DNA from: Dudresnaya verticillata | Taxonomy: Eukaryota | Direction of reading: 5' to 3' | Assembly (NCBI GenBank): GCA_977862235.1 | Contig: OZ374558.1 | Location: 248,001 to 312,000 of the forward strand | DNA: 64,000 bases | Shown here: piece by piece, positions 60,800-64,000 of the stretch | How the letters are laid out: every line of letters starts with the position of its first letter | How positions within the stretch are numbered: the first letter of the stretch is position 1 | Made by a program: the position numbers and the translations under genes | Notes under the pieces: generated by a model | What the model was told of the DNA's origin: nothing | Seen by the model: only the letters and a program-made list of their open reading frames with translations | The model's database searches: none

Positions 60800-62110
60800 C
60801 TTACAAAAGTCCCCAATAATGGGCGAAACGAAAGGCTTCCCTCGGCCGCTTAGAATTCTTTATGGTGGCCCATAGCGGAGATTTCAGTGGTCCAACCATA
60901 CAGTAGCGACGGTTCAGCTTTCTCATCCTTGACAGGTATCGCCCAGACGTACCTATAAAACAAATCGCCAATGCCCACCACCTTGGCACAACCTTCTCAA
61001 AACTCCGGAGAAAATTCTAGAACATCGACGGCAACGACATGGAAGCGACGTAATGGATGCCAGAGCTTCATCCTGTCCTGCCGTCTCGTCCTAGAAAAAT
61101 TTTCCGTTGAGCTTCACACAGTCCCGCACCGCTTCGGAGACGTTGTTGTGCCAACCGCGACACCAAAATGTTAACTAACCTTAACTGCCGTGCATTTCAC
61201 TCCATAGAGGCCACATGGAACCGATCCGTGGAAGTATCGCCTCACTTTACCCACTAAAACCTTCGGTACCACGACGCGTATCAGGTCTACGTCCAATCGA
61301 AACTGAAGCCCATCCACGTCAAGAAAATAATTGTCGTTATCGTCCACAAAGGCATCAAGATCTCCGTACTGCGCTGCTTTTCCTGTTGGCACCTCCTCCA
61401 CCTCGGGGAGGCTGCATGTCTCTTCAGAAAGCAGTCAAGCCACCTAGTGAAGTTGAGGGCAGACTTCCCGCTCCACGTAGTCCCGGTTCAACGTATCCGC
61501 CACGGAAAGTGTATGCTCCGGTCCATATTCGATCTCCAAGTTGTAATCCTGTACAGCCGTCATCCATCTCGACCTCGAGGCTCCCTCAACCGCATTACGC
61601 AGCTCAGAGACTGTTTATCAGACACTACTGTAAAAGTGCCAATGACATGCAGATAATGGCTCCACTTCCCCATAGCGTGCACAAATGCAAGGCATTCCTT
61701 CCCTGTCACAGTGTAATACCTTTCTGCATTGGTCAGTTGCCGTACAGTAATAGAAATTGGCTGCCATTAAATGTCACCTCTTTCTTGCAACAGCACTGCG
61801 CCGAGACCATAATCACATGAGCCCCGGAGCAGCTCATTCAACAGCTGCACTTGTTCTGCTCCGTTGTAAATAAATGCCGAAAAGTACGAAATAAGACCGA
61901 CAAACATCATGACTTCAGTACCTTTTGACGGCTTCTGCAGCTGCTTGATAGCCGCAATGTATCCTCGCGAAGGGAACAGCCTCTCCAGTGTCACGGTACG
62001 GCCCGGAACGTCCACCGTGCTCACCCCGAACTGAAATTTAGACAGCTTAAGATTGGTTACCGCCTTTTTCATCCAGAGTAATGCCAGGGAGAGTTGGTCG
62101 ATATGTTCCA
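60800..62110 (-). pseudogene. pol: Highly degraded Gypsy pol (RT end, RNase H, integrase start)
   Basis: LKLSKFQFG, MFVGLISYF, CDYGLGAVLLQ, VVVPKVL..FHGS. Confidence 0.75.
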
Positions 62111-62114
62111 GCTC

Positions 62115-62480
62115 GCTGTGGTGAAGTAGCCTACGCGGAGTCTCGACGACGGGCGAGCCGGCGCACAACCGTCGGGAATGTGCGCCTTGGCGAGCTCGCG
62201 GCAAAACCCAATGCGGGGTTGAGTGGAACAGTAACACTGTACACCTTTCTGGAGCCTGCAACACTCACCAATCGGAGCCAAGTAGCTGATTTAATCTTAA
62301 TTAGGCAACTGTAATGATTTTGTACAGCTTCTAGTGTAATGCCGACCAATGAGAATGCCGAGCATGTCCTCAACGGTGACCGGGACCAGTAGGGCCGGAC
62401 CCACCTGCTGGACCAGACGCATCCGGGCCTAGGCAACATGGACCGGGCCGAAGGGCATATCTGACACTATTTTAATGTGT
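62115..62480 (-). repeat. Uninterrupted copy of the ~360-bp repeat (empty Helitron site)
   Basis: Minus strand reads ...CATTACAGT|TGCCTAATTAAGATTAAATC... with no insertion. Confidence 0.85.
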
Positions 62481-64000
62481 AGCAACCGCGGACACTAAAG
62501 TAAACAGGCAAACAACACTGGTAAAAGTTCTTTACCTTAAGCTTTACCCTAGTACCCCTTAACGGTTTCCCTGCTCCAGCCCCGTGCACGGATTCCTCTC
62601 ACCTCCGTCTTGGTGTAGCTGTCCTGGTACTGTACCACCCCCTGTTTTCGCCTTCTTCTACTCCTTACAGATGTTTCCGTTCGCGATGCTCCCTTCGGTC
62701 TACGAACTAAGCTCTACTACACAGGCTTGGTCACATCACTCCTTCTTGGGATTGCCTGATCAGCTCTCCTTACAGGTGTGCCTTTCACTACACCGCACTC
62801 TTCCTTGGTTCCCACTGTCCCATCATCCATGAACGCCCACACACGAATCGCCCATTGAAGTCTCAAGAACAAGATGCGCTATCCGTTGAATACTACCGCA
62901 CGATTCTTCATCCCCAGCGGAAGAAGGAGGTACTAGAACATGTAATACAGTGAATGGCTTACAGAAGCGGGCACTCTACATGCGTGTATGCACCGAAATA
63001 GCATTACCTATAGGTCGCCAGCAGGGGGAAACGGACAGCCTACGAATGGTCCGAGTGGTACCCTGCAGGGCAGTAGCTTAGTATCTATATATCTATTTTA
63101 GAAATTTTAGCTTAGGATCGGGGCGTGTATGTAGCCCAGTATGAGTGGTTCTACCTGACCCTCGGAATGCCATGTAAGGGTATCTCCCGGAGTGGTCACT
63201 GGACAGTAAAGGTAAGCACCTCCCAGCCCCAACTACTTCTACAAGCCATCGGCACCGCCGCACACCCGTACCCATGCCCGGTTAACCGCCCGCCCAGTGA
63301 ACTACCTTCAATGTCGTGCTTCCATTTAGGTTCCAAACCTCCGTCCACCCTCTGGGTTCCTCCCGCTCTAGCACCGCTACCAGACACCCGCTCTGTGGCT
63401 ATCTCATTGAGTGTACTCCTTGAGTACACAAGAGACCCAAAGGTACTTCCTTACAGAACAAGCCAGCTACAGTCCTAATAGCCGTAAGATGCCGAGACTC
63501 CTCGACCATTTCGACCTGGAAATAACCATCCTTCACGTCGAGGGTGGAAAAACGTTCCGTGATAGCTAGCCGTATGTCTACTTAAAGCCCTCCATTGGGT
63601 AATAGTATGCAACGGTCTGGGTATTCAACGACCTAAAGTCGTAGCTCACACGTAGCGAGCCTTTGTCTTTACGAAGACGTTTTTTGCGGCCTAAGGAGAG
63701 TAACTATTCCCCAGAACTACATTACGGACCAGCTTTTTCTTCATCTTCTTCTATGCTTCCTCCTCTGTATGCGAGCGTCTTCGGATCGACGCGACAATGT
63801 GTTTCGCCCCTGGCGCCAGCTTCATGGTGTGCTCCTGTCCATGAATACGTCCCGCTCCCTTGAAGAGCTCTCTATTCTCCCACACCACCGTCCGCAGTCG
63901 TTCCTCCATTTCTCGGTCAGCATGAAACCGGACAGATTCATCTCGCGAATGGCTTCGTCAACATCGGCATCCGCGACAGTGAGCCGCACGTCATCTACCG

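Noticed and set aside
60544..62308. TIR element enclosing a Gypsy fragment
   Set aside because: Homology continues at 52375-52546, so these read better as two opposite-orientation copies of one ~360-bp repeat, one split by the Helitron; no TSD found.
62500..64000. Further retroelement fragments
   Set aside because: Only faint RNase H-like traces near 63500; too degraded to assign.

Overview
Eukaryotic, transposon-saturated region with no intact housekeeping gene. The TE families suggest a red alga, but that is inference only. The window is a stack of nested elements. (1) A young Ty3/Gypsy chromovirus (8518-14651; 610-bp apparently identical LTRs, CCTT TSD) inserted in a decayed SAM-domain gene. 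(2) A ~19.7-kb DNA transposon (22847-42507) with ~330-bp TIRs (AACACTAC...GTAGTGTT), a 4-bp CATA TSD and a Sola-like DDD transposase, inserted in the RT of an older Gypsy element. It carries a ParB-like/beta-class amino-DNA-methyltransferase fusion, a possible SET remnant, captured TsaD-like and ICMT host-gene fragments, and a CRE-like RLE LINE inserted in its left TIR. (3) DIRS-like and Copia remnants. (4) A ~8-kb Helitron complex (52547-60543), whose empty site can be inferred from a second copy of the target repeat. The best candidate for an undescribed system is the giant Sola-like transposon with its own ParB-methyltransferase: that gene shares a small accessory domain with an ORF at the transposase locus, suggesting it is native to the element. 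Most coding sequences carry stops or frameshifts. All family calls come from motif recognition by eye; no database searches were run.
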